Shown here piece by piece: positions 18,340 to 27,575 of a stretch of 64,000 bases of DNA. Source of the DNA: an uncultured delta proteobacterium (GTDB lineage Bacteria > Myxococcota_A > Polyangia > Fen-1088); assembly GCA_963737265.1 (NCBI GenBank), contig CAVTRY010000008.1, forward strand, positions 1,446-65,445. Direction: 5' to 3'. The translations under genes were made by a program, and so were the position numbers. The notes beneath the pieces are model-generated. The model was given only the letters and a program-made list of their open reading frames with translations. It ran no database searches and was not told the origin of the DNA. How positions within the stretch are numbered: position 1 is the stretch's first letter; every line of letters begins with the position of its first letter.

Positions 18340-19878
18340 CGAATATCCCCTTTCCTTGTGGAATCCTTTGTACAAAGCACACGCGATGCCGAGGCACTTC
18401 TCCCATTCCCAGGGTTCAAGGCCAGGACGGTTGAAGACCCGGCGGCAACAGCTTGTGACGAGGTCGATCGGAATTGACAGACCGTCCACGATGCAAGGAA
18501 GCAGCCTTTCGACGGTTGCCTTCTTGAGTTTGTCGTCCAACCGTCGGCCGTAGGCGGCCTCCGCGATATCGCGCGGCGCGGGCGCACCAACAAATTTGGT
18601 TTCTTTGCCGAAGTTCTGGGGCCAGGCGAGGACGTCATGCCACGTTTGGATACGAACAAGGAACTCCGAGCCCTTGATCTCACGGTAGAACGTGATGGCC
18701 AACCGTCCTGTGGTCGCGGAATCCAACCCCATCACCACCACGTCATCGGTGTCACTTAGATTCGACCGATACCCAGCTATAGCGCGTTGAAGCCTGCGAG
18801 AGAACTCCTGCCCGACATCACCGACTTCGGCCGTCGGGCTGAGGGGATCCGGGGCATTTTGGTGTTGGTCTTCATTGAGAATATCCATTGTGTCTGCCCA
18901 AGGGTCGGGGATGGATTGGCCATTGACGGCCCACGCGACGAAGACCTGATCCCCGCTACGGGCTGCCTGCTTACGCCCGATTAGCCAGCGAAGGGCACTG
19001 TGCGCCTTCTGCGTGACTTCGAAGGAAACGCCAGCGGCCTGCGCGGCATTCGTGAAACGGCCAAGGAACGTGAAGCCGCTCGTGTCGTTGGCTGATATGA
19101 GCTTGGCCCGATCGGCGCTGTGGCGCAGTTTCTTGGGATGCTGCTCGGCCAATGCGGCGATGCGTCCGTCAACCTGACAGAGCCCCACGACAGACTGCCG
19201 ACTGGCGTAGAAGTCCTGCCAGGACCGAACCAGGTCGACATCCTCCCAGGTGCCGGTCGCCAGTTCGCCGTCACTTTCCACGCGCCACCTGATGAAAGCA
19301 TCTTCGGGTGCCTGCCCATTTGGGAGGCGCCTGAAAATTTCGGGCGCCTCTTCTTGCCCAGTCCATTCCTTGAGGAGCAGGGGCGGATCGGCCACGGGAT
19401 CAATCAATGGCAGGATTCCGGCGCCCACGAGGTCGGCGATGACATTTCCTCGCCCAACATAGGCGCTGATCGCCATCAACTTGGTCTGGCTGGGCGCAAA
19501 GGTAGTCCATCCTTCGAGAAGGTCCATGTAATCTGCACAAGGCGCTCCTGGGATCTTGGCGTATCCGGACGTGACCGTGCCGCCGTAGGTTCGGAAGTCC
19601 TTCGCGACGTATTGCAGGTTGTCGCAGAGAGGGTGTGTGGCGGGTTTGATGCCAGCTCGACCCGCAGAGTCCTCAGTGCATGGAATCAAGGTCTCCTGGT
19701 CATCTTTGGGGATGACCATCGCTCGCCGAAAGTTGCCTTCGCCATCGATCACGATTTCAATGTGCGCCTGCTGCGTGGTGTGCGCGATGGGCAAGAGCGC
19801 CTTGGCGTCCGGCAAATTCGAGCCAGCGCATCTCTCGTAGGTGTCGTAGAGCTTCTGCATCCAGGCCATGTCACGCAC
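17929..19878 (-). CDS. cas8c: Cas8c (Csd1), type I-C large subunit
   Basis: 649-aa ORF between cas5 and cas7, with size and position as in I-C operons. An alternative start is M4 at 19869. Confidence 0.8.
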   Translation of the reverse strand: MRDMAWMQKLYDTYERCAGSNLPDAKALLPIAHTTQQAHIEIVIDGEGNFRRAMVIPKDDQETLIPCTEDSAGRAGIKPATHPLCDNLQYVAKDFRTYGGTVTSGYAKIPGAPCADYMDLLEGWTTFAPSQTKLMAISAYVGRGNVIADLVGAGILPLIDPVADPPLLLKEWTGQEEAPEIFRRLPNGQAPEDAFIRWRVESDGELATGTWEDVDLVRSWQDFYASRQSVVGLCQVDGRIAALAEQHPKKLRHSADRAKLISANDTSGFTFLGRFTNAAQAAGVSFEVTQKAHSALRWLIGRKQAARSGDQVFVAWAVNGQSIPDPWADTMDILNEDQHQNAPDPLSPTAEVGDVGQEFSRRLQRAIAGYRSNLSDTDDVVVMGLDSATTGRLAITFYREIKGSEFLVRIQTWHDVLAWPQNFGKETKFVGAPAPRDIAEAAYGRRLDDKLKKATVERLLPCIVDGLSIPIDLVTSCCRRVFNRPGLEPWEWEKCLGIACALYKGFHKERGYSMALQEDRKTRDYLYGRLLAAAEHLESRALYVAGENRDTTAARLLQRFADHPYSTWRTIELSLTPYKARLRNSRAGFLWNMEKLLDQLLGAFSPQDEKEAFTNDRPLSGEFLLGYHCQRQALRHEPEDTESTPATAE

Positions 19879-20593
19879 CCCATTCGTCGGCTTCGACGGC
19901 CACTGGGTTCACATTCTCACCGACACCGAACCGCTTCGGGTTCATGTCGCGGACGAATTTGCGAATTGTGCACTCCTCGGGCCGGGGAAATCGCAGGGCA
20001 CCGTTCACCAGCTTTGGCATCCAGAAGCGTGCATGTAACTTCTTGTCGCCCGTCTCATCCGGATAGTCGAAGCCAAGAAACATCAGTCCGAACGCAAGCT
20101 CCCCGGCGCTGTCCAGATCCCCGTTGCCAGACCCGAACTCGCATGGCTCGACGTAGCCCTGGCAGTCTCGGGTGCCAAGGAAGATGTCTTGCCGTCCGCC
20201 CCGTTCCAGCATGCGTTGGGCGATGGCAAAATGCTTTCCGTCAACCCGGTCCTTGGCCAGGTCAGGTTGTGCCTCGTTCCATTCAAAGTGGGCCTGCACC
20301 TGGTATTCCACATCCGCGAGGAATGTGTAGATGGCCAGCGTATTGCCGCCGCCGTACTCCAGCGGCTTGCTTCCCTTGGTCTGCGTGCGGATCCGCTTCA
20401 TCACGCGCATCTGGTCGATGACCCACACAATGGTCGGCTTCCAGTAGATCGCCTTGGCGATGCCTTTCAGCGCCTCGTATGTCGGAATGTGGTACGAGCA
20501 CTTCTCGCCACCGATCTTGGTCAAGGGATCGGTGAAGAGCGCGTAGCGTCCCCAAGTCTTGAACTCAATCGTGTTTTTTTGCTTGTTCGACAT
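19871..20593 (-). CDS. cas5: Cas5d (type I-C, pre-crRNA processing subunit)
   Basis: From M45 of the ORF: [53 protein letters not shown].., a typical Cas5d N-terminus. Overlaps the cas3 3' end by 29 nt. Confidence 0.85.
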   Translation of the reverse strand: MSNKQKNTIEFKTWGRYALFTDPLTKIGGEKCSYHIPTYEALKGIAKAIYWKPTIVWVIDQMRVMKRIRTQTKGSKPLEYGGGNTLAIYTFLADVEYQVQAHFEWNEAQPDLAKDRVDGKHFAIAQRMLERGGRQDIFLGTRDCQGYVEPCEFGSGNGDLDSAGELAFGLMFLGFDYPDETGDKKLHARFWMPKLVNGALRFPRPEECTIRKFVRDMNPKRFGVGENVNPVAVEADEWGA

Positions 20594-23063
20594 AGAGGAA
20601 TTCCCCCGGTGACACGGGCTCGGTGGAGAGCCCAAAGTCCCTGCTGTAGTAGCTTTCGTTGAGGTGGAAGATTTCTGTCCCTGGCTGAACTTCGCTAATC
20701 GCGTGCGCGTCCCTGAGCCGGTCAAACTCGTAGCTGAAGACGTTCACCGTGAATTGCTGTGCAGCACGCAGCAACCGGAATTGCTTTTCGACATCCGTCG
20801 CGGCGCATAGCCCTACGATGAGCTGCCGACCCTCCCCGTAAGGAACGACAACGCCTTTCGTTGGTGCATCGATGGCTTGGAAAGCTTCGTTTGCTGTTTT
20901 GAAGGATTGCCGAAAGTAGTTGGCCTTGCCTTGCTTGAATCCGGCCACTACCAGCGAGTTTGTGGACAGCATGTTCAACAGATCGTCGCCATGGCCTGCC
21001 TTGCTGGGATTGATTGGGTATCCCATCTCGTCCTTGCGAGCGAAGAAGTAGTTCTCGTAGAACCACGCCATGGCCTTTGGGGAAAGCAAATCGTTGTCGA
21101 ACCGCGCGGGATCGTCGCGGAAATCGTTGAGCACGCGTGCGGCCTTGTCCCGGGCTATGGCGATGTCTCGGAGTGAAGAGAGCGATTCCTCGGCCGGGTT
21201 GATGACGTGGACGAATCCTGACGGATTTCTTCCGTTTCGGTTGCAGCGGCCAGCGGCTTGCGCAATGGAGTCCAACCCCGCGGCAAACCGAATCACGCAT
21301 CCAAAGTCGACGTCTACGCCGGCCTCGATCAGCTGAGTGCTGACGCAGAGAGTACGCTCGTCATCAAGGAGCTGTTGACGAATCTTCGCCAGCGAGGACT
21401 TGCGGTGGGCCGGGCACATGCTTGTGCTGAGATGATGGGCCGGCAGGCCGGATCCCGTGACCATCTTGAACAAGGCACTTGCGGCTTTCTTGGTGTTCAC
21501 GACCACGAGGCAGCTTCCGGTGCGAGCGACTTCGGACTTGGCCAGGTCCGCGATATCGCGGTCATGCCAGCCGCCCGGCCGACGAGCATCCTTCACCTCG
21601 ACCCTTCGGAGTTTCGCGAAGGTGTCTTGGACGTCTGGGACGATTTCGCTTCCGAAGGTGATTTTCGCTGCGCCCTTCTTCTCGTCTACTTGGCCCAGCA
21701 GCGGTTGGGTCGCGGTGCAAAGGACCACCGTGCTCCCACCCTGCGCGGTAAGAAGGTTGATGGCGTTGTTGAAAAGGTGAATGCACCTGACCGGCAGGCT
21801 CTGGATTTCGTCGAAGATGATCACCGCTCGGGCAAGCTGATGCATGCGCCGGACACCTCGGGTGCCCCCGCCAAGAACAGCTTCGAGAAACTGCACGCTG
21901 GTTGTGTAAACCACAGGTGCATCCCAGTTCTCCGACAGGAGCTTGTTCTTCCAGCCTTGGTGCAGCGGCTCCAGGTTCGAGTGATGTTCCAGGACGACCT
22001 TGCCGCGGTCTTCTGGGCAGGAGTCAGGTTCAAGAATCCGACGGGCGACATCGGCGTTTTGGTCGATGATGGTGGTGAATGGCACCACGTAGATCACGCG
22101 ATCCAGGCCATGGGCACGGGCGTGATGAAGGGCGAAGCGAAGGCTGGCCAGGGTCTTGCCGCCACCAGTGGGGACGGTGAGAGTGAAGATGCCGCGTGGT
22201 CGGGATGCGGCTTGCCGACAGTGCTCGGAGATGTCCTGGCGAATGGCGTCGATCGGGTGTTTGGGCTTGAGCGTGATGAGATGTTCTTCGAGTCGATTTG
22301 CCAGGACATCCCAAGGCATGAACTCGCCATGCTGACGTTCTTGGGCGGCCCGGGGACGTTCGAAGTCGGCCGTATCTTCGCGGTCGGCATCGATCAAGCA
22401 GCTGAATAGAAAACGAACCAACAGTCCAAGCTGGAACTGGGCAACCTGGTTACTGTGGGACTTTTCTGGGGATCCCAGCGCGATGTCGCGGAGGTGTCCA
22501 GTGAAGGACGTGACGAGCGATTCATCCTGCAACAGGGTCGTTGCTCTTGCTCGAAGCCTTGGGTCGAGCTTGCCCAGGGATTCGTCAAAGTGAGATCGTG
22601 CCTCAGCTTTAAGCATCCTCCGGCTGAAGTCGTCGCGTGGTCCCTCGACCGGATCCGCCACCAAGCAGTCAATGAGCCCCGAATGATGGGATGCTATGCA
22701 AAGGGCCAGTGCTTGGCCCACGATGGGCCCCAAGGGACCAGCCTTGGTTAGCTCGTTCCATACTAACTTGGCACCTGCCGTCGAGTGGTCGACCTTACCT
22801 CTCTGCGCAGCCGGCACCTCGTCGTCACCGTCTGGGTTCTCCTTGCCCGTCACGCTTCGCAGGTAGTTTTGAAATGCATCGCTGTGTTTGCCGAGATCAT
22901 GAAGAAGCCCGATCAGCTCGCCGGCTGAACCAAGCCCCAGCTTGTTCGCCGACTGGGCGCATCGCCGGGCTGTTCCCTCAAGGTGATCGGATAGAGAGTG
23001 TTCCGCGCCATTGGACTCGCGCACGTGGGCGATCGGGGGGCGGCGATTCGCTTCCTTCTCCAT
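20565..23063 (-). CDS. cas3: Cas3 HD nuclease/helicase
   Basis: HD region (..[13 protein letters not shown]..; ..SHHSG..) and helicase motifs (TVPTGGGKT; IIFDEIQS; ..CTATQP..). Start set at M18 (MEKEANRR), just after the upstream gene's stop. Confidence 0.9.
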   Translation of the reverse strand: MEKEANRRPPIAHVRESNGAEHSLSDHLEGTARRCAQSANKLGLGSAGELIGLLHDLGKHSDAFQNYLRSVTGKENPDGDDEVPAAQRGKVDHSTAGAKLVWNELTKAGPLGPIVGQALALCIASHHSGLIDCLVADPVEGPRDDFSRRMLKAEARSHFDESLGKLDPRLRARATTLLQDESLVTSFTGHLRDIALGSPEKSHSNQVAQFQLGLLVRFLFSCLIDADREDTADFERPRAAQERQHGEFMPWDVLANRLEEHLITLKPKHPIDAIRQDISEHCRQAASRPRGIFTLTVPTGGGKTLASLRFALHHARAHGLDRVIYVVPFTTIIDQNADVARRILEPDSCPEDRGKVVLEHHSNLEPLHQGWKNKLLSENWDAPVVYTTSVQFLEAVLGGGTRGVRRMHQLARAVIIFDEIQSLPVRCIHLFNNAINLLTAQGGSTVVLCTATQPLLGQVDEKKGAAKITFGSEIVPDVQDTFAKLRRVEVKDARRPGGWHDRDIADLAKSEVARTGSCLVVVNTKKAASALFKMVTGSGLPAHHLSTSMCPAHRKSSLAKIRQQLLDDERTLCVSTQLIEAGVDVDFGCVIRFAAGLDSIAQAAGRCNRNGRNPSGFVHVINPAEESLSSLRDIAIARDKAARVLNDFRDDPARFDNDLLSPKAMAWFYENYFFARKDEMGYPINPSKAGHGDDLLNMLSTNSLVVAGFKQGKANYFRQSFKTANEAFQAIDAPTKGVVVPYGEGRQLIVGLCAATDVEKQFRLLRAAQQFTVNVFSYEFDRLRDAHAISEVQPGTEIFHLNESYYSRDFGLSTEPVSPGEFLYVEQAKKHD

Positions 23064-23073
23064 CCCCACCACC

Positions 23074-24126
23074 CTACGCCTCCCCTTTGTCACTACTGGA
23101 CAATGAATCGCCACTGAGCTCTGCCTCGATCTCCTCGACCGTGGGCAATCCGTCTTTCAGATCGGCGGGAAGGCTGGCGACGATCTTGGTCTCCCATTCG
23201 GCGACGCCGACGGGCTTTCGCAGGCCGCGCAGGGCGTATTCGGCGACCAGCTTGTTGCGCGAACGGCACAGCAGCAGGCCCACGCTGGGTTTGTCGTCGG
23301 GGTGGCGCAGCAGATCGTCGACGGCTGACAGGTAAAGGTTGATCTGGCCGACGTCGCCGGGACGGAAGGGCGTGGCTTTCAGCTCGATGACCACGTAGCG
23401 GCGCAGTTTCAGGTGATAGAAAAGCAGGTCGAGCAGGAAGGTTTCGTCGCCCACTTCCAAACGCACTTGGCGGCCGACGAAGGCGAAGCCCGAGCCCAGC
23501 TCCAGCAGGAAACGCTGAACGTGATCGACCAGCGCTTGCTCGACTTCGCGTTCGCGGCGCGGGTCGGCGGTACCCAGGAAATCGAAGAGGTAGGGATCTT
23601 TGAATACTTGGCTGGCCAGATCCGAATCCGCCGGGGGCAGGGTGTCCTTGAAGTTGTTGACGGCCTTGCCTTGGCGCTCGTGAGCGCGACCGTCGATCTG
23701 GATGGCCAGGATGTTGCGGCTCCAGCCATTTTGGACGCTTTGACGGATGTACCAGTCGCGAACGTTTCGGTCTTTGATACGTTGAATCAGCCGAACGACG
23801 TGTCCCCAAGGCAATTGTGAAACAAGCTGTTTCACCTTCTGCCTTTCCCGGTACGCATCCGCGAAGGCGCGCATGAAGAGCAGATTTCTCGGGGAAAGCC
23901 CCTTCATCTCGGGAAACGCAGCTTGCAGATCTGCGGCCAGACGATCGATGACGCGCGCGCCCCAGCCCTCGCGTGCCTGTCGATCGAGAATCACCCGTCC
24001 GATGTCCCAATAAAGTAAGACCATGGCCGAATTCGCGGCCAGAACGACACGCAGGCGTTCTTGCCGAACGCGGTCTTTGATTTCGGCCAGAGCCGCGGCG
24101 TAGTCCTTGGGAAGATCCGATCGCAT
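23074..24126 (-). CDS. DUF1016/YhcG-family PDDEXK-type nuclease-like protein
   Basis: ..LYWDIGRVI.., ..LPWGHVVRLI.., ..NGWSRNIL.., ..DPYLFDFLG.., ..GFAFVGRQVRLEVGDETFLLDLLFYHLKLRRYVVIELK.. is the DUF1016 pattern with a D...(D/E)xK-like core. Start set at M44 of the ORF. Confidence 0.7.
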   Translation of the reverse strand: MRSDLPKDYAAALAEIKDRVRQERLRVVLAANSAMVLLYWDIGRVILDRQAREGWGARVIDRLAADLQAAFPEMKGLSPRNLLFMRAFADAYRERQKVKQLVSQLPWGHVVRLIQRIKDRNVRDWYIRQSVQNGWSRNILAIQIDGRAHERQGKAVNNFKDTLPPADSDLASQVFKDPYLFDFLGTADPRREREVEQALVDHVQRFLLELGSGFAFVGRQVRLEVGDETFLLDLLFYHLKLRRYVVIELKATPFRPGDVGQINLYLSAVDDLLRHPDDKPSVGLLLCRSRNKLVAEYALRGLRKPVGVAEWETKIVASLPADLKDGLPTVEEIEAELSGDSLSSSDKGEA

Positions 24127-24488
24127 CGGGGCCACTGGGAACAGTGCCTCCTCGCGCGAGCGTCCGCGGACCATCCGGGCATCCCTACGGGGGCAAGCAG
24201 ATCTTCGGTCAGCATCAGGGCCACGACTTCGGTGGGATTCACGGGTATGGCCCACGAGCTCTCGCTGGTTTCGAGCAGTCGCCAGCGCCCGTCTTCGTTG
24301 GTCAGGGGAAAGCCTGCCTGCTGCAGGACTTCGAGGTCGCGGTAAAGAGTCCGCGTGGACTGCTTTTCCTCTAAGGCGTCCTTCAGCTCAGCGGCTGTCA
24401 TGCCACGCCTCGCGGCCTCAAGCGCACGCAGCAGCCGCCACTGCCGGATGAACTGCGCACCTCGATGGACAGGTCTGTCAGCGGTCAT
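23991..24488 (-). pseudogene. YafY/WYL-type HTH regulator, N-terminal HTH part only (probably truncated)
   Basis: ..FIRQWRLLRALEAARRGMTAAELKDALEEKQSTRTLYRDLEVLQQAGFPL..DGRWRL.. is a DeoR/YafY-type HTH. After ~110 aa the ORF loses similarity and runs into the DUF1016 gene. No WYL domain is seen. Confidence 0.45.
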
Positions 24489-24535
24489 GCCGCACCAGTG
24501 TACTCCCGGTCGGCCAGGTGCGATATGGAACGACG

Positions 24536-24685
24536 GGACCATAGTCGAATCAAAGGGGTTTTCTGAGCCGCGGAAATGAATGCCGGAGAACCATGCCGGA
24601 CCGCATCGGGTGGGGACCTATCACGACCGCGCAGCGAACTTGACCGGGTTTCTGGGGCCTGACGGGGCGTTTTCGAGCGTTTTCG
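24536..24685. repeat. ~150-bp repeat, inverted copy of 544-680; lies just 3' of the IS91-family transposase gene
   Basis: Direct alignment with the reverse complement of 544-680. It sits 46 bp downstream of the transposase stop, so it may be the ori-IS-side end of the IS91-family element. Confidence 0.85.
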
Positions 24686-24730
24686 AGCACGCGAGGCAGT
24701 CTACTCGATCCCGCCCTTGTCGACGTGCCG

Positions 24731-26236
24731 TCAGTTCAGCCAGTCTCCGCCCTCGCCACCAGATTGCGAGGGAGGCGGTCGTGCGGGCCAGAGTTTTGGC
24801 GCACAGGTGGGCAGGCCCATGGCCTTGAGGATTTTCTTGATGGTGTCCTCGGTCTCGATCATGGCGATGAGGCGCAGAGGTGTTTTGCAGCGAGGGCAGA
24901 CGGTGTCGATCTCGAACGTATTTTTCAGAAGCTGGGACCAGGAAATGTAGTGTGAAAGTGGCAGTGAAGGCTTGTCGTCTTCCTCGGGCGCGGCCACGGC
25001 GGCGACTGGGACGACTTGGCTGCGGAGGCTGGAGTGCGAGGAGATGACCCCCGAGTATCTGACGACATGCCGACGAGGAGGGGGAACCAAGGCCGCCAAG
25101 CGCGCAATAAGGGCGAGCGGCGCAAGGTCAACTGACGATGTGCCATCGGACCAAGGCCGCTTGAACTCCAGCCTCACGTGACCGTCGTCGAGGATCTTGA
25201 GGCGGTCGTTGGCCAGGGGCGGGCGCAAGATGTACTTGCACAGGTTCTCGCGACCCTTCTTGTCGTTGGCGGCGACCTTGGTCTGAGCATGCAGGTTAAA
25301 CCCGGCTTGCTGGCCGCATAGCTTGCCCTTGGCCACGGGAGTGGCGTCTGGGTCGAGCACGATACGCACGAGAGCGCGCTTGTGCGCAGGACCGGCGGGA
25401 GAGGCGCCAGCGGTGGCGGCGGCCAACAAGCGGGCCAGGAGCGGATCTTTGTCGCCCATGGTTTCGTCGGTGACGACGGTGACCTCACCGTCGCCGGGGG
25501 CGGTAACGAGGGTGATGACACCGCGACGCTTTAGGAAGCGGAGGATGCGCTTGCTGGCGCGCGCGACGATGGCAAGGACGTCCTGTTGGGCAAGTTCCGG
25601 CGCCGGGTGGAAGATGGGCGCACCGCCGTCGCGCCCAGGGGCGTAGCAGCCATCGAGCTGGAGGACATGAAAATGCGGTGAGAGCCGCAGGTCGCTGTTG
25701 GCGCGCTGGATGACAGTGACGGCGCCACACTCGCCGTCGGCAATACCCCGATCTGCCATGCGCTTGCGATAGTTGGACGCCACGGTGTCGATGAAGATGC
25801 GCAGGACTTGGCCGAGTAGTTTTCCGTCGAAGGCCAAGGGAAACCTCAGAGGGAAAGGCAGCGTAAGCACGAATTGTCGGATGGGCACTTCGGGCAGCAC
25901 GTGGTCGACGAGAGTCAGCGCCCCCGCGTTCATGCGTCTGCCGCCACAGCTCGGACAGAAACCACGACCTTTGCAGGACCAAGCCACCGCATACCGCTCG
26001 TGGCAGGTTTTACAGAAAAGTTGTGCGAAGCCCCGCGCCAAGATTCCACACCCTAGGAAGTCGTGCAGCTCGTCGGTGACGAAGCTGGGCAGCGTGCGGC
26101 CGTCGGACTTGTCGGTCCACTCCTGCTCGAAGGTCAGAAGATGCTGCTGGAGCACCTGGAAAAGGGCGGTCTTTTCCGGCTCCCGGCGGGCATAGGTGTA
26201 CCCGGTCGCAGGTTTTGCGCATGCCGCTGCCTCCAT
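24731..26236 (-). CDS. IS91-family transposase
   Basis: Zinc-binding N-terminus (CKTCHERYAVAWSCKGRGFCPSCGGRRM), HUH-type motif (SPHFHVLQLDG), ..LCKYILRPP.., and C-terminal CPRCKTPL. 501 aa. Confidence 0.85.
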   Translation of the reverse strand: MEAAACAKPATGYTYARREPEKTALFQVLQQHLLTFEQEWTDKSDGRTLPSFVTDELHDFLGCGILARGFAQLFCKTCHERYAVAWSCKGRGFCPSCGGRRMNAGALTLVDHVLPEVPIRQFVLTLPFPLRFPLAFDGKLLGQVLRIFIDTVASNYRKRMADRGIADGECGAVTVIQRANSDLRLSPHFHVLQLDGCYAPGRDGGAPIFHPAPELAQQDVLAIVARASKRILRFLKRRGVITLVTAPGDGEVTVVTDETMGDKDPLLARLLAAATAGASPAGPAHKRALVRIVLDPDATPVAKGKLCGQQAGFNLHAQTKVAANDKKGRENLCKYILRPPLANDRLKILDDGHVRLEFKRPWSDGTSSVDLAPLALIARLAALVPPPRRHVVRYSGVISSHSSLRSQVVPVAAVAAPEEDDKPSLPLSHYISWSQLLKNTFEIDTVCPRCKTPLRLIAMIETEDTIKKILKAMGLPTCAPKLWPARPPPSQSGGEGGDWLN

Positions 26237-26317
26237 GAAGGAGGATGTCGGTCAGCGGGGCACGGAAGTTGCGTGAGCCCCGCAGTGCTCTTGCTCAAGC
26301 CTTGCGGGGCGTTGTGA

Positions 26318-26440
26318 CCGCACCGTCTGAGCCGCTCGCTGCTCGACTTCGCCAAGCTGATGGACCGGTTCAACCGCGCCAACGTCGCGTTCGTGAGCGT
26401 GACCCAGAACTTCTCGACGGCCGATGCCATGGGGGGGCGC
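26318..26440 (+). pseudogene. serine recombinase catalytic-domain fragment
   Basis: [42 protein letters not shown] matches the ..DRLSRS...L...F...GV.FVSVTE.FDT...MGR.. block of resolvase/invertase-type enzymes. It lacks the N-terminal catalytic Ser region and is fused in frame to unrelated sequence. Confidence 0.6.
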
Positions 26441-26866
26441 CTGGGCGATTTTCTGCCCGAGAGCGGAATTGTGCTCGACGTGGGCTGCGGCTTCGGCGTG
26501 GCCGCGGCGTGGACCCTGGCGCGTTCGTCCGACCTGCGCGTGGTCGCGCTTGAGCCCGACGAGGACCGCGCCGATGTCGCGCGCTTCGTGCTGGGCGCGG
26601 CCGGTGAAGTGCATGAGGGCCCGGCGCCCGCGGACTTGCCCGAGGTGGCCGCGGCGGCGGTCTTGTGCCTCGATGTTATCCACCACCTCGACGACCAAGC
26701 CCTGGCCGCGACGCTCGGCCACCTGCGCCGGTGTCTTCCGCTTGCGGGCAAACTGGTGTTGCGGGCGACGGTGCCGGCGGGCAAGGGCAGGGCAGGCTCG
26801 GTGCGAGCCCTGCCTTTGGATTGCCGACATCGTCGAGGCTTGCCGACGGCTCACCAAACTCGTTGA
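26441..26866 (+). pseudogene. class I SAM-dependent methyltransferase fragment
   Basis: ..[23 protein letters not shown].. (motif I and post-I) and ..[18 protein letters not shown]... It has no start codon of its own and its 3' end is out of frame with the next gene. Confidence 0.5.
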
Positions 26867-27143
26867 GGGGGTGGACTTCGCCACCTTCGCCGCAGAATCA
26901 GACGCCGGCATCATCTTGAACGCGAATGCTCAGATGCACCTGTACCACCACGTGGGCGAAGGCGCCAAACAGCAATCGCCCGAAGCCCGGAGACGCTATC
27001 CCGGTGTCGACTGGGCTCGACTAGATAAATTCAGCGATGACAATGAGACCGGCACCTGGGGCTGGCCGCGCCCCCCAACGCCTGAAGAGATCTGGAAGTT
27101 CATCCACGAAGAGGCGCCAATCCTCGTCGAAAAACTGCGATGA
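26818..27143 (+). CDS. DUF86/HepT-like protein (start unclear, possibly 5'-damaged)
   Basis: ..[50 protein letters not shown].. fits the DUF86 N-terminal pattern, followed by ..[23 protein letters not shown]. No canonical start codon lies at the domain boundary. Confidence 0.5.
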
Positions 27144-27364
27144 GCATTTCAGACGATCGCGCTCTCGTCTTCGTCGAGGAAGACGGCTTGTGGTCGGCGC
27201 ACGACCCGGACGTGCCCGGCGCTTACGGCCTCGGTCCTACGCGCGAGGCCGCCGAGGCTGACTTGCGCATGGCCCTGGAGCTGCTGGCCGAGTACGAGGC
27301 CGGCGAGCGGAGGAAGAAGCTCATTGACGAGGACAAAGACCTCTTGCGAAAGCCGTCCGAGTGA
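27140..27364 (+). CDS. HicB-like (UPF0150) antitoxin-type small protein
   Basis: 74 aa, [42 protein letters not shown]... Overlaps both neighbours (ATGA/GTGA). Diverged paralogue of 159-359. Confidence 0.55.
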   Translation: MSISDDRALVFVEEDGLWSAHDPDVPGAYGLGPTREAAEADLRMALELLAEYEAGERRKKLIDEDKDLLRKPSE

Positions 27365-27549
27365 CCAAGGTTGGGATCGTCTCGGAAAACCACGGCGACG
27401 TCACCAGCCTCGACAGCGCTCACGCCCATATTCGCGGGATGGGCTGCACGATGGTTCTTTGCCTTGGCGACCTACTCGACATCGAGCCCTTCGGCGAAGA
27501 ACTCCCCGCGGCCGACGGCGAGCGGGTGCCTAGCCTCGTCGAATGGTGA
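27361..27549 (+). pseudogene. metallophosphoesterase, truncated to 62 codons
   Basis: MTKVGIVSENHGDVTSLDSAHAHIRGMGCTMVLCLGDLLD.. then a premature stop. The paralogue at 1-162 reads on beyond this point. Confidence 0.55.
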
Positions 27550-27575
27550 CTTCTACTCGACCGCCTTCTAGTGGG

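Larger units (their letters stand above)
24536..26310 (-). mobile_element. IS91-family (rolling-circle) element, approximate bounds
   Basis: Intact Y2/HUH transposase, the downstream repeat block 24536-24685, and a hairpin CCCCGCA..TGCGGGG (26278-26309) upstream of the gene. The ends are not rigorously defined. Confidence 0.45.

Noticed and set aside
7214-23063. Possibility that the Tn7-like element plus the adjacent type I-C genes form a CRISPR-associated transposon (CAST).
   Set aside because: - No TniQ was found.
- The cas operon keeps an apparently intact Cas3 nuclease-helicase and adaptation genes.
- The element sits inside a repeat, with a clean 5-bp duplication, rather than downstream of a guide-matched site.
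- It disrupts the array rather than using it.
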